NCBI GenBank assembly: GCA_963777605.1
Contig: CAVZRV010000031.1
Span: 384,001-448,000 of the forward strand
Source of the DNA: an uncultured Acidobacteriota bacterium
GTDB lineage: Bacteria > Acidobacteriota > UBA6911 > RPQK01 > JAPXNP01
DNA length: 64,000 nucleotides
Direction of reading: 5' to 3'
The notes below the pieces were generated by a model. The model was not told the DNA's origin and ran no database searches. It saw only the letters and a program-made list of their open reading frames with translations. Below, in pieces: positions 50,525 to 59,945 of the stretch (position 1 is its first letter; every line of letters begins with the position of its first letter). The position numbers were made by a program, and so were the translations under genes.

Positions 50525-51637
50525 ATGGCAGAATCTCCCTTTCAAAAAACTGTCTGGAGCGTTCCAGCGTTTCGAATTCTCTTCATCGTGGCAAGCCTGG
50601 CCGTTCTGATCGCCGCTTTGAGGGCGGCTGCGTCAATCGTAATTCCGCTCCTGATCGCGACCTTCCTCACCGTCATTTGCAACCCGGTCGTTCGCTGGTT
50701 GACTCACCACCGGGTTCCAGCTTCACTGGCGATCTTTCTCGTCGTCATTACCCTGATGGTTGCAATGATCGGCGCGGGTGCCATCGTGGGCACTTCGATA
50801 GCCGAACTGAGGTCGGCCATGCCGGCCTACCAGGCGAGACTTGACTCCATGTTCAAGAGCGTCGGTACCCGGCTTGGCTCGCACGGGATCAGTACAGAAA
50901 TGCTGAGGCTCGACCAGATCCTGGACCCGGGTTCGCTGATGCGCTCGTTCGTGGGTGGCCTCTTGAGCGTGGCATCTTTCGCTTCGGACAGCCTGATCGT
51001 TCTATTCACCCTCATCCTGATGCTCTTCGAGGCCTCCTATTTCGACCGCAAGCTGCGGGCCATGATGAAGGAGGGTGGGGACGCCCGGTCCTTTGTCTAC
51101 GACCAGGTTGCCGAGAAGGTGCAGAAGTACATGGCACTCAAGGCACTCGTGAGCCTTGCGACGGGTCTGCTGGTCACCCTGCTGCTCAAAATAGTGGGGG
51201 TCGATCTGGCCGTGCTCTGGGGCTTCGTCGCCTTCCTGCTGAACTTCATTCCCAATCTGGGATCGATTATCGCGGCTGTGCCGGCCGTCCTGCTCGCCCT
51301 CATCCAACTGGGACCAGGGGCAGCCATCGTGGTGGCGCTGGGCTACCTGGCCATTAACGTTCTAATGGGGAGCATTATCGAGTTGCGACTCATGGGACAA
51401 ACGCTGGGATTGTCCACGCTGGTGGTCTTTCTCTCCCTCCTCTTCTGGGGCTGGCTTTGGGGGACCGTTGGGGCGCTCCTCTCAATTCCCCTGACCATGA
51501 TCGTCAAGATCCTCCTCGAGAGCAGTCCCGCAACCCGCCGCATCGCCATCGTCCTTTCCGACAGCACTTCGGTAGAACGAATGCTGGCGGCCGACCAGGC
51601 TGAGGATTCGAGTGAAGCCGCCCTAAAAACACAGTGA
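50525..51637 (+). CDS. AI-2E family transporter
   Basis: FLLNFIPNLGSIIA, MGQTLGLS..VFLSLLFWGWLWG..GALLSIPLT. Confidence 0.92.
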   Translation: MAESPFQKTVWSVPAFRILFIVASLAVLIAALRAAASIVIPLLIATFLTVICNPVVRWLTHHRVPASLAIFLVVITLMVAMIGAGAIVGTSIAELRSAMPAYQARLDSMFKSVGTRLGSHGISTEMLRLDQILDPGSLMRSFVGGLLSVASFASDSLIVLFTLILMLFEASYFDRKLRAMMKEGGDARSFVYDQVAEKVQKYMALKALVSLATGLLVTLLLKIVGVDLAVLWGFVAFLLNFIPNLGSIIAAVPAVLLALIQLGPGAAIVVALGYLAINVLMGSIIELRLMGQTLGLSTLVVFLSLLFWGWLWGTVGALLSIPLTMIVKILLESSPATRRIAIVLSDSTSVERMLAADQAEDSSEAALKTQ

Positions 51638-51735
51638 CGGAACTCACACAAGGAGAAGACTACCGGGCGATAAAGTGTCGCTGGCACTAAAAACAGGTTA
51701 CTAACAGGACTGATCCTCACCAGGAGTGACAGCTG

Positions 51736-52032
51736 ATGATAAAAAAGCAGAACCGAGCGAAATCGAATCAAGTAAAAGTGACCTTCGTAGTGGACGACTA
51801 CGATGAAATGGGAAGGGTTTGTGTGGTGGGAGACTTCAACAACTGGACTCCTCAGCAGCACAACCTTGTGCGACGAAGCAACCGCACCCGAAGTGCCTCG
51901 GTCGATCTTCCGGCCGGGAAGCGATATGCCTTCCGGTACGTGGAAGACGGAGGCAATTGGTTCAACGACGAAGCAGCTGACGGCTGGGAACCCAACGGGT
52001 ACGGCACCGACAACTGCGTCATTCTAACCTGA
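51736..52032 (+). CDS. Isoamylase early-set (CBM48-like) small protein
   Basis: KVTF, VVGDFNNW, L..GKRYAFRY, WFNDEAAD..PNGYG..N. Confidence 0.85.
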   Translation: MIKKQNRAKSNQVKVTFVVDDYDEMGRVCVVGDFNNWTPQQHNLVRRSNRTRSASVDLPAGKRYAFRYVEDGGNWFNDEAADGWEPNGYGTDNCVILT

Positions 52033-52115
52033 CCCCTTTCCACGCCGCGGGGGGCACGATCACGGCATAGCTTTGGGACTCCCCCCAAACCTCCGCGCTC
52101 CCCGCGGCAAAATTC

Positions 52116-52418
52116 CGGCCTGAGGCTTCAGCCAAGCCCGCCCTTCCGCGTTGCGGAGATTATTCAGAGGGTGCAAATGGTCAAGTCCCAGACGAAAGTC
52201 GCGATTCTCCCGCATTTAGTACGCGAGTAAAGCGAGCGCGACTCCAGGCCTTCATCCGTTGTCCGTCTCGGATCTTGCCTCCATCCGAACGATTCCGGCC
52301 TGCGGCGTCACTTCCGCCGGGCAAGCTGCCCGGCCGCAATACCAGGCAGGGCTGCCTGGATTACTCTCCCTCCAGGACCGAGAGACCAGGAATTCAGCCC
52401 GATTGAAGTTTCAGGCTA
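52116..52418 (+). repeat. Dispersed hairpin-rich intergenic element, copy 3 (conserved ends, diverged core)
   Basis: 52136-52168 matches the left block; 52311-52396 differs from 15556-15641 at about 7 of 86 positions; imperfect TIR GCCTGAGGCTTCA / TGAAGTTTCAGGC. Confidence 0.85.
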
Positions 52419-54330
52419 ACTCCGAGATCCGCGAACCGTCCGGACGAGGAACCAGGCGATCAGGACAAACACTGCAGCCGCGAGCAGTTGATCCCATTGG
52501 TCCAGCCAGGCCGGCCGAAATCCGGTGGGTCGAGCACCCACTATTCCCGCATAACCAGCCACGGCCACCCCCATCAATCCTTCACCCGCAATCAGTCCGG
52601 ACCCCAGCAGGACACCCTTGTCGGTGTGATCGTCGGGATCTTTTCCGTCCTTGCGGATTCTCCACTCGGTGAAGCTGCGCAGGCAGCCGCCGATGAACAC
52701 CGGCATCATGGAGGCCTCGGGCAGGTAAATCCCCACCGCAAACGGGAGTGCCGGGATCCCGAGGAGAGTGGCGACCAGCGACAGCGATGCGCCCACAAGG
52801 ACCAGTCCCCAGGGGAGATTTGCCTGCAACACACCCTCAATGACAGTCTTCATCAGAGTGGCCTGCGGAGCGGGCAGGTCGATCGATCCGAAGACCAGGT
52901 TCTCCCCCAGAAGAAGGATCGAAGCAGCCACGGCGAACGCAGCCGAAATGGCCCCGATCAACTCTACCGCCTGTTGCCTTGCCGGCGTCGCCCCGATGAT
53001 GTAACCGCATTTCAGGTCCTGGGAGATATCTCCGGCAATGGATGCCGCCACGCAGACGACGGTTCCGATGGTGAGAACGGTCGCCTTGCCGGCGTCATCG
53101 GTCCAGCCGAACAGGAAGAAGAGCAGGCTGGTTCCGAGCAGCGTCACGATCGCCATTCCTGAAGTGGGATTCGAAGTCACCCCCACCATCCCCACGATCC
53201 GGGACGAGACGGTGACGAACATGAACGCAGAAAAGGAGGATCATGACCGATCCGAAAACGCGAAACGGCACCGGCGCTCCAAGCCCGAGAACGAACGGAC
53301 TCAGGGCAGCAACCAGAAGGACGACCAGCGACCCGCCCAGCACAATGCTCATGGGGAGATCCCGCTCGGTTCGGAGTTGGACACGATCCGTCGTACGCCG
53401 TTCCCTGGTGAACCCACGCAACCCGTCAACCAGACTGCTGTACATCGTGGGAAGCGAACGAATCACGGTGAGTATGCCGGCAAACGCGACGGCTCCGGCA
53501 CCAATGTAGCGGATGTAGCGGGACCAGATTTCTCCGGGACTCATCTGGCTGATCAGGCGGGTGGTTTCCGGGAACATCGGCGCCTGCAGTGACTCTCCGA
53601 AATGAGCGATGATCGGGATCAAAGCCAGTGATGAAAGAAGTCCCCCGGCAACCATGATCGCCCCGATCCGATAGCCCAGAATGTAGCCAACTCCGAGCAG
53701 GGCGGGCATCGGCTCGAGCCCGACTTCCCCCTTGTTCAAAAGAGGGACCCGGACGTGGATTTCGCTGGCCCAAAGCTTGCCGAACTCCAGCAATGCCTTG
53801 TAGATCCCGCCCACACCAATGCCGATAAACACGTTTCGGGCCCGGGTTCCCCCGGAGTCGGCGGCGATCAGCACCTGCGCTGCCGCCGTCCCCTCCGGAT
53901 AGGGCAGCGTATCGTGCTCCTTGACGATCAGATAGGACCGCAGCGGAATCATGAAGAGGATCCCCAGCACTCCACCCAACATGGCCAGAAATCCGACCTG
54001 GAGGAGGTCCGGCTGGAGTCCCCACATGAAGAGGGCCGGGATGGTGAAGATCAACCCTGAAGCGATGGACGAGGCGGCCGATCCGCCGGTCTGGCTGATG
54101 TTGCACTCCAGGATGTTGGATGGACGGAATACTCTGCCGACAACCTTGAAAAGCGCCACGCTCATCACCGCCAGCGGAATCGAAGTGCTGATCGTGAGGC
54201 CGACCTTGAGGCCGAGATAGGCGTTGGCCGAGCCGAAGATCGCCCCGAAGATGATCCCCGCGACGGCCGCTCTGACGGTCAGATCGGGCAGACGGGTAGC
54301 TGAGGCCACGTAGGGTTTGAACTCTTTCAC
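52416..54330 (-). CDS. OPT-family oligopeptide transporter, one frameshift near 53225
   Basis: NAYLGLKVGLTISTSIP, LPYPEGTA, then SNPTSGM, SQDLK.G, PAPQATLM, SGLIAGE in a second frame. Confidence 0.88.
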
Positions 54331-54343
54331 GACACCTCCCTTG

Positions 54344-56290
54344 CTAGTTCAGATCGGTAAGCGCGCTTTGGAGAATCTCTTTCGTAGTGCGGTCTTCAAC
54401 CCAGGAAACAACGGAGAGACCGGAACGGTTGATCTGGGTCGGCTTTGACCGGAACCCCCCGAAGCCCTGGTACCGTTCGGGTGGATTTTCTGAAAAGTCA
54501 TCGAGGTACTTGAGGAGATCTTTCTCGAGCTGAACGAGATCGATCTGGTAATCGACTTTGGCCCTTCCCTCCTTGAGTTGGGCATTCGGAGCATCCGGGT
54601 CACTGAGATCGCGTACTACGTAGGCATGATGTCGGATTCCGTTGCCCCCTTCATAGTCAACCGACTTCTCTACCAGGGCGATCCGGATCGTACCGGAGAC
54701 CGGAGAGGAGGCACCACTCCCATCGGCATCGACCGTTACCGAGACCCGGTCCTTTTCCCGGCGGGCCGCCAGTTCCAGGCGAACCGTGGGAGCAATCGAC
54801 CAGCGTTTCTCAACCGCCTCCGAGTACTTCAGGAACATTGACTTCTTGAGAATCGGCGGCCCTCCGCCACCGATTCGGTCCGTTCCATCAAACCAAACCG
54901 TCGGCGTGCCCCCCGCGCCGTAGTACTGGTAACGGTTTACGGTACCGCTGGTCGTCAGCGGATCGGGACGGGGTATGTGAACGTGGTATTCGAGGATGGC
55001 GACGCTCCCACGCGGGTAGTAATGAGCGACGAGGTCCATTGCGAGATCGGCCGACTGGCAAGGATTGCACTCCGCGCCGGTAAATAACTCCACGAGCGGA
55101 ACTCGATCCGTCTCGGAGAGGTTCCCGCTGTAGGTTCCCGGATCGAATGACTCCAGTCGAGCCTTTTCCGTGCCGACCAGTTGCTGGATCTCGACATCGG
55201 TGGCTCCAAGCGCGTTGAGTTCGGAAGAGATCAACTCGCTGTCGCCGACCAGGAGCGGTTGGAGGAGTGCTTGCCGGGCTTTCTCGGGCTGTTCCGAAAG
55301 CCGGTAAGCCTTCCCGACAGCGAACCAGAAAGCGAGGTCCCAGGGTGTCCGAGCAGCCTGCTGAGAGGCCAGCGTGTTGATCGCTGCGGAGTACCGTCCC
55401 TGTGCAATGTAGACCTGCGCCAGATTTACTTCCGCATCCGAGACTTCGTTCAGCTGAGCGGGCTTGAGCGCTTTCAGCTGATTGATCGCCGTGTGGGCAA
55501 GTGATTCGGCCCGCCCAAGGTCGATTCCCGCCAGCGCCAGGAGAAGAGCTGCCCGGGTCTTTCGCTCTGGAGTGTCACTCTCGCGAAGGAAATCCTCGAT
55601 CAGCGGCGTCGTGACCTGCTCAGCCACTTCAGGGCCTTCCGACAGCGCCCAACGCGGAAGATGCTGGTATGCGTCTTCGTCATCTCCCAGAAGGATAGCC
55701 CGCGAACCATTCTCGAGAGCCTGCAGCGGCTTGCCGTCCTCGTACTGATACAGCGCCAGCCGGCCAATCAGGTCGCCACGCTTATCCTGCAGGCCGACCG
55801 CCTCATCCTGGTACTGCTCGGCTTCCTCCAGCTTTCGTTCCCGGTAGAGAACGAAGGCCAGTCCATCCAGGTAGCCGGCCAGGGCACTTCCATTTTCAGC
55901 CCGGGCGTGCTCAACGGCCTCACGCGCGAGACTCTCAGCGTAATCGAGGGCGATGCCGTGTTCCGCCAGGGAGCGCGCTACATAGATCCGAAGCGGATCC
56001 CGGCGCTTTTCGGCCACGCTATCCAGGTAAGCGCGGGCGGCCTCCTCGGCAACCGGTCCGTTGTTCGCCTCGACGGCACTCCGAAAAAAAAGCCGCACGA
56101 CCTCGTTTTGGTCCTTGCTGTCGGGGAAACGGTCAAGGAACTCACGGGCCAACTGGACCTTTTCCTGGGGAGATTTGCTGTCTCGAATCAGCTGGAACTG
56201 CTCCTGCTCGCTGGCACTCTGGCAGGACGAGAATAAAAGGATACTCGAACACAGACAAAGAACGAGAATGATACGCGCTCGTTTGGACAT
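54344..56290 (-). CDS. Lipoprotein with TPR-like helices and a C-terminal thioredoxin-fold/Omp28-like domain
   Basis: LLFSSC lipobox; helical repeats; LVELFTGAECNPC..YH.HIP.PDPL..YYGAGGTPT.WFDG. Confidence 0.75.
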   Translation of the reverse strand: MSKRARIILVLCLCSSILLFSSCQSASEQEQFQLIRDSKSPQEKVQLAREFLDRFPDSKDQNEVVRLFFRSAVEANNGPVAEEAARAYLDSVAEKRRDPLRIYVARSLAEHGIALDYAESLAREAVEHARAENGSALAGYLDGLAFVLYRERKLEEAEQYQDEAVGLQDKRGDLIGRLALYQYEDGKPLQALENGSRAILLGDDEDAYQHLPRWALSEGPEVAEQVTTPLIEDFLRESDTPERKTRAALLLALAGIDLGRAESLAHTAINQLKALKPAQLNEVSDAEVNLAQVYIAQGRYSAAINTLASQQAARTPWDLAFWFAVGKAYRLSEQPEKARQALLQPLLVGDSELISSELNALGATDVEIQQLVGTEKARLESFDPGTYSGNLSETDRVPLVELFTGAECNPCQSADLAMDLVAHYYPRGSVAILEYHVHIPRPDPLTTSGTVNRYQYYGAGGTPTVWFDGTDRIGGGGPPILKKSMFLKYSEAVEKRWSIAPTVRLELAARREKDRVSVTVDADGSGASSPVSGTIRIALVEKSVDYEGGNGIRHHAYVVRDLSDPDAPNAQLKEGRAKVDYQIDLVQLEKDLLKYLDDFSENPPERYQGFGGFRSKPTQINRSGLSVVSWVEDRTTKEILQSALTDLN

Positions 56291-56762
56291 CAGTTTTCCG
56301 AGAATACCCGCCCTTGCTACCCCGCATCAAGGTCCAGGGAAGCGATCCTCTCTCTTATCTGGAAGCGACCTCGGACCGAGTTGGACATTCGTGCACAATC
56401 GACCTGGCAACAGAACCCATCTTCAGGCTGGAAACCGGAGATGGAGAAGGATTCGGGAACACCTGATGAACGAATTGGCCGGATGGGGCAACCTAAGGGC
56501 AACGAAGAGCCAACTTACGGTGAGAAACTCACCAGGAAGCTGACTCGCTCATGGTCTGGTCACCCTGCCCATATCGGGTGCGGAACCGGGACCTTGTAAG
56601 GGCCTCCGTCGCGCCCTCCAGAAGCCGTTGGCACACCTCGCCGCTGCAGCGCGTTCCATCTTGCTTAGCACTTGCCCATAACGTACAATTCACAAGCGGT
56701 AACCTGCGCCTGTTTTACTCCACACCGGTTAATTGAGTTGCCAAGTTTGGAGATGGGGAAAG

Positions 56763-57980
56763 ATGAGCATAAGCCAAATAGCACGTAGTATTTCGCAGTC
56801 TGCCACGCTCAAGTTGAACGAGACGGCAGCGGTTCTTCGCGCCAAGGGAGAACCCGTAATTCACCTCGGAGGCGGCGAGCCCAAAACAAAGGCTCCGCTG
56901 GACGCACTGACGACGGCCGCTTCGAAACTGATGACGGGAGAAATCCGGTACACCCCGGTTGACGGAATTCCGGAACTCAAGAAGGCTATCATCAGGTACA
57001 CCGAAGAGTATTACGACCGTCACGTCGCTCCGGAGAACGTCATCGCTTCGGGAGGAGCCAAGCAGGCGATCATGGTTGCCCTCCAGGCAGTCCTGAATCC
57101 CCAGGACGAAGTGGTCTTCCCGGTTCCCTACTGGGTGAGCTACCCCGAGATGGTGAAACTTTGCGGAGCAGTTCCCGTTCCCGTGGAGTCGGAGGACGGC
57201 ACCTTCTACCCGCGTATCGAAGACATCGAGCGCAAAGTCAGTTCCCGGACGAAGGCGATCATCATCAACAGCCCAAACAACCCGAGTGGCGCGATGTACT
57301 CGGCCGAGTTCATATCAGACATCGTCCAGTTTTGTGAGAAGCGGGACATCTACCTGATCATGGACGACATTTACCACCGGCTGATCTTCGACGACCGGAG
57401 ACTCATCAACTGCTACGGGTTTCAGAAAAAGAAGGGCGAGAACTCAAAGCTCATCGTCGTCAACGGTGTTTCCAAGCAATATGCGATGACCGGCTTCAGG
57501 GTGGGTTGGGCCGTTGCGAACCGGAAACTGGTCGAAACGATGGCGAATATTCAGGGGCACCAGACCTCAGGTCCTTCCGCGGTGGTTCAGTGGGCAGCCG
57601 TCGGTGCGCTCAACGGACTCCAGTCAGGCGTGGAGAGTCTCCGCCTCAATCTGGAGAATGCGCGCAACGTCCTGATTTCCCGGATTCGCACGATCGACGG
57701 CGCAAAAATCACGCCGCCTGACGGGACCTTCTACTCGTTCGTTGACTTCCGCGCCTACGAGAAGAATTCCACGAAACTCGCCGAGTTGCTGCTCGAGAAA
57801 GTCATGGTGGTTACCGTTCCCGGAGTCGAGTTCGGCATGGACGGTCACCTGAGAATGAGCTTCTGCGGAACCATTAAGGACATCACCGAAGGCGTCGAGC
57901 GAATCAAATGGGTGGTCGATCCGAACGCCCCCAACGAACTCTTCATCGGCGACCGCAAGCTCGTGAGGGATTGGTCATGA
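56763..57980 (+). CDS. PLP-dependent aminotransferase class I (aspartate aminotransferase-like)
   Basis: GEP, YT..DG..ELK, GAKQA, PYWVSY, NSPNNPSG, DDIY, SKQYAMTGFRVGW. Confidence 0.93.
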   Translation: MSISQIARSISQSATLKLNETAAVLRAKGEPVIHLGGGEPKTKAPLDALTTAASKLMTGEIRYTPVDGIPELKKAIIRYTEEYYDRHVAPENVIASGGAKQAIMVALQAVLNPQDEVVFPVPYWVSYPEMVKLCGAVPVPVESEDGTFYPRIEDIERKVSSRTKAIIINSPNNPSGAMYSAEFISDIVQFCEKRDIYLIMDDIYHRLIFDDRRLINCYGFQKKKGENSKLIVVNGVSKQYAMTGFRVGWAVANRKLVETMANIQGHQTSGPSAVVQWAAVGALNGLQSGVESLRLNLENARNVLISRIRTIDGAKITPPDGTFYSFVDFRAYEKNSTKLAELLLEKVMVVTVPGVEFGMDGHLRMSFCGTIKDITEGVERIKWVVDPNAPNELFIGDRKLVRDWS

Positions 57981-59698
57981 CATTTAAGATGGAAAGTCCC
58001 GCTTCACGGCAGGCGGGCGACCTGGCCAGCGTTTTCGGCCTTCAGAACCACGGCCTCACATACCTGAACCGGGTCTACTGGAACCTGCCTGCTGCAGCTC
58101 TGTACGAGGAGTCAATCCACCGCAGGGAAGGCGTCATGACTGCGGGTGGGCCGCTTCTCGTAAACACCAAGCCCCACACCGCCCGGGCGGCAGCGGACAA
58201 GTTCGTCGTCAAAGAGGAATCCACCGCCGACAAGATCTGGTGGGGGGAGCACAACCGCCCCTTCAGCACCGAGAAGTTCAACGCCCTGCGCAGCCGGCTT
58301 CAGGCCTTTCTCCAGGGCCGCGATCTGTTCGTGCAGGACTGTTTCGTCGGCGCCGATCCTGATTACCAGATGCCGATTCGGATCATCACCGAAAAGGCCT
58401 GGCACAGCCTGTTTGCGCGGAACATGTTCATCACCACGAATGATCCCGACAGGCTGAAATGCCACGTGCCCGAGTTCACCGTGATGAGCATACCCTCCTT
58501 CAAGGTGGATCCAAGGATTGACGGCACCCGGTCGGAAACCGCGATTCTGCTGAATTTCGCCCAGCGCCTGGGGCTCGTCTGCAATTCTCTTTACGGTGGC
58601 GAAATCAAGAAGTCGATCTTCACCGTGCTTAATTTCCTGCTTCCCCTGGAGGGCGTCATGGCGATGCACTGCTCCGCCAACGTCGGCGCGAAGGGAGATC
58701 CGGCGCTCTTCTTCGGGCTCTCCGGAACCGGCAAGACGACCCTTTCCGCCGACCCGAACCGCAGTCTTATCGGGGACGACGAGCACGGCTGGAGCAACCA
58801 GGGAGTGTTCAACTTCGAGGCAGGCTGTTATGCCAAGGTTATCCGCCTGTCCGAGGAGAACGAACCGGAGATCTACTCCTGCACAAAGCGGTTCGGCACG
58901 ATTCTCGAGAATCTCGTATTCGACCCGACGACGAGGAACATCGATCTCGATGACGACCTGGTAACCGAGAACACGCGGGCATCCTACCCGCTCGATTTCA
59001 TTCCCAATGCCGTTCCGGAACGGATGGCAAGAAGCCACCCCAAGAATGTAGTTTTCCTGACCTGTGACGCCTCCGGAGTTCTACCTCCGATATCCCGGCT
59101 TTCGCCGAGTCAAGCCATGTACCATTTCATCAGTGGCTACACCTCAAAGATTGCCGGAACGGAAATCGGACTTGGCGTCGAGCCGAAGATCACGTTCAGT
59201 GCATGCTTCGGTGCCCCTTTCATGGTCCATCATCCATTCGAGTACGCGCGCATCCTGAGTGGGAAGCTGGCCGCTCACAATGCCAACTGCTGGCTGGTCA
59301 ACACGGGCTGGACCGGTGGCTCCTTTGGAATCGGGAAGCGGATCAGCATCCGACACACCCGCAACATTCTGAATGCCGCTCTCGAGGGCAAACTGGACAA
59401 GATCAAGTTCCGCAAGGACAAGCTTTTCGGCTTCGAAATTCCCACCAGCTGCCCGGACGTCCCCAACGAAATCCTCGATCCCTCTACGAGTTGGGGGAGC
59501 AAGGATGAGTACTGGAAAAAGTACGACGCGCTGGCCGCTCTCTACATCGAGAATTTCAAGCTCTTCAAGGCCGGCTGCCCTGACGAAGTGCTCAAGGCGG
59601 GCCCGAAAAGGCTGCAGTCCTGTGTGCCTGGGGCCACGGTCACCCATCAAGAATCAGCCCTGAAGTTGTGCTGTCGGACAGGGATCCGTGCACCTTAA
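57977..59698 (+). CDS. pckA: Phosphoenolpyruvate carboxykinase (ATP)
   Basis: YGGEIKK, MHCSAN, FFGLSGTGKTTLS, IGDDEHGW, GCYAK, ENTRASYP, WLVNTGWTGG; ATGA overlap with the upstream gene. Confidence 0.96.
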   Translation: MTFKMESPASRQAGDLASVFGLQNHGLTYLNRVYWNLPAAALYEESIHRREGVMTAGGPLLVNTKPHTARAAADKFVVKEESTADKIWWGEHNRPFSTEKFNALRSRLQAFLQGRDLFVQDCFVGADPDYQMPIRIITEKAWHSLFARNMFITTNDPDRLKCHVPEFTVMSIPSFKVDPRIDGTRSETAILLNFAQRLGLVCNSLYGGEIKKSIFTVLNFLLPLEGVMAMHCSANVGAKGDPALFFGLSGTGKTTLSADPNRSLIGDDEHGWSNQGVFNFEAGCYAKVIRLSEENEPEIYSCTKRFGTILENLVFDPTTRNIDLDDDLVTENTRASYPLDFIPNAVPERMARSHPKNVVFLTCDASGVLPPISRLSPSQAMYHFISGYTSKIAGTEIGLGVEPKITFSACFGAPFMVHHPFEYARILSGKLAAHNANCWLVNTGWTGGSFGIGKRISIRHTRNILNAALEGKLDKIKFRKDKLFGFEIPTSCPDVPNEILDPSTSWGSKDEYWKKYDALAALYIENFKLFKAGCPDEVLKAGPKRLQSCVPGATVTHQESALKLCCRTGIRAP

Positions 59699-59945
59699 GC
59701 CGCATGAAGTGCAGGCCACAGGTGGCGGGGCAAGTCGTACCGCAAGATGAACTCGGGCGGCTGACGGCCGGAGACATCATGCGCCGTGCAGGTCCAGATT
59801 CATCGTTCAGACAGGAGAGATTGCGTTTTCGACGGCTCCGAATAATGCGAGTTCAATCGAACGTTGGCATCGGAGGGACCGGCGTGCATCGACGTCCGAC
59901 TTCGATGCGATAATTCTTTTTTTGCCTGAAGGGGAAGGAGTCAGG

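Noticed and set aside
56352-56410. SAM-I riboswitch (CTCTTATC ... CCTGGCAAC) or hammerhead ribozyme (CTGATGA at 56463)
   Set aside because: The P2 kink-turn, the 3' GATAAGAG strand and the hammerhead stem II-GAAA geometry are missing
59700-59945. ZMP/ZTP or purine riboswitch before purL
   Set aside because: No GACTGGCG..CGCCTGGGC or purine aptamer core recognisable
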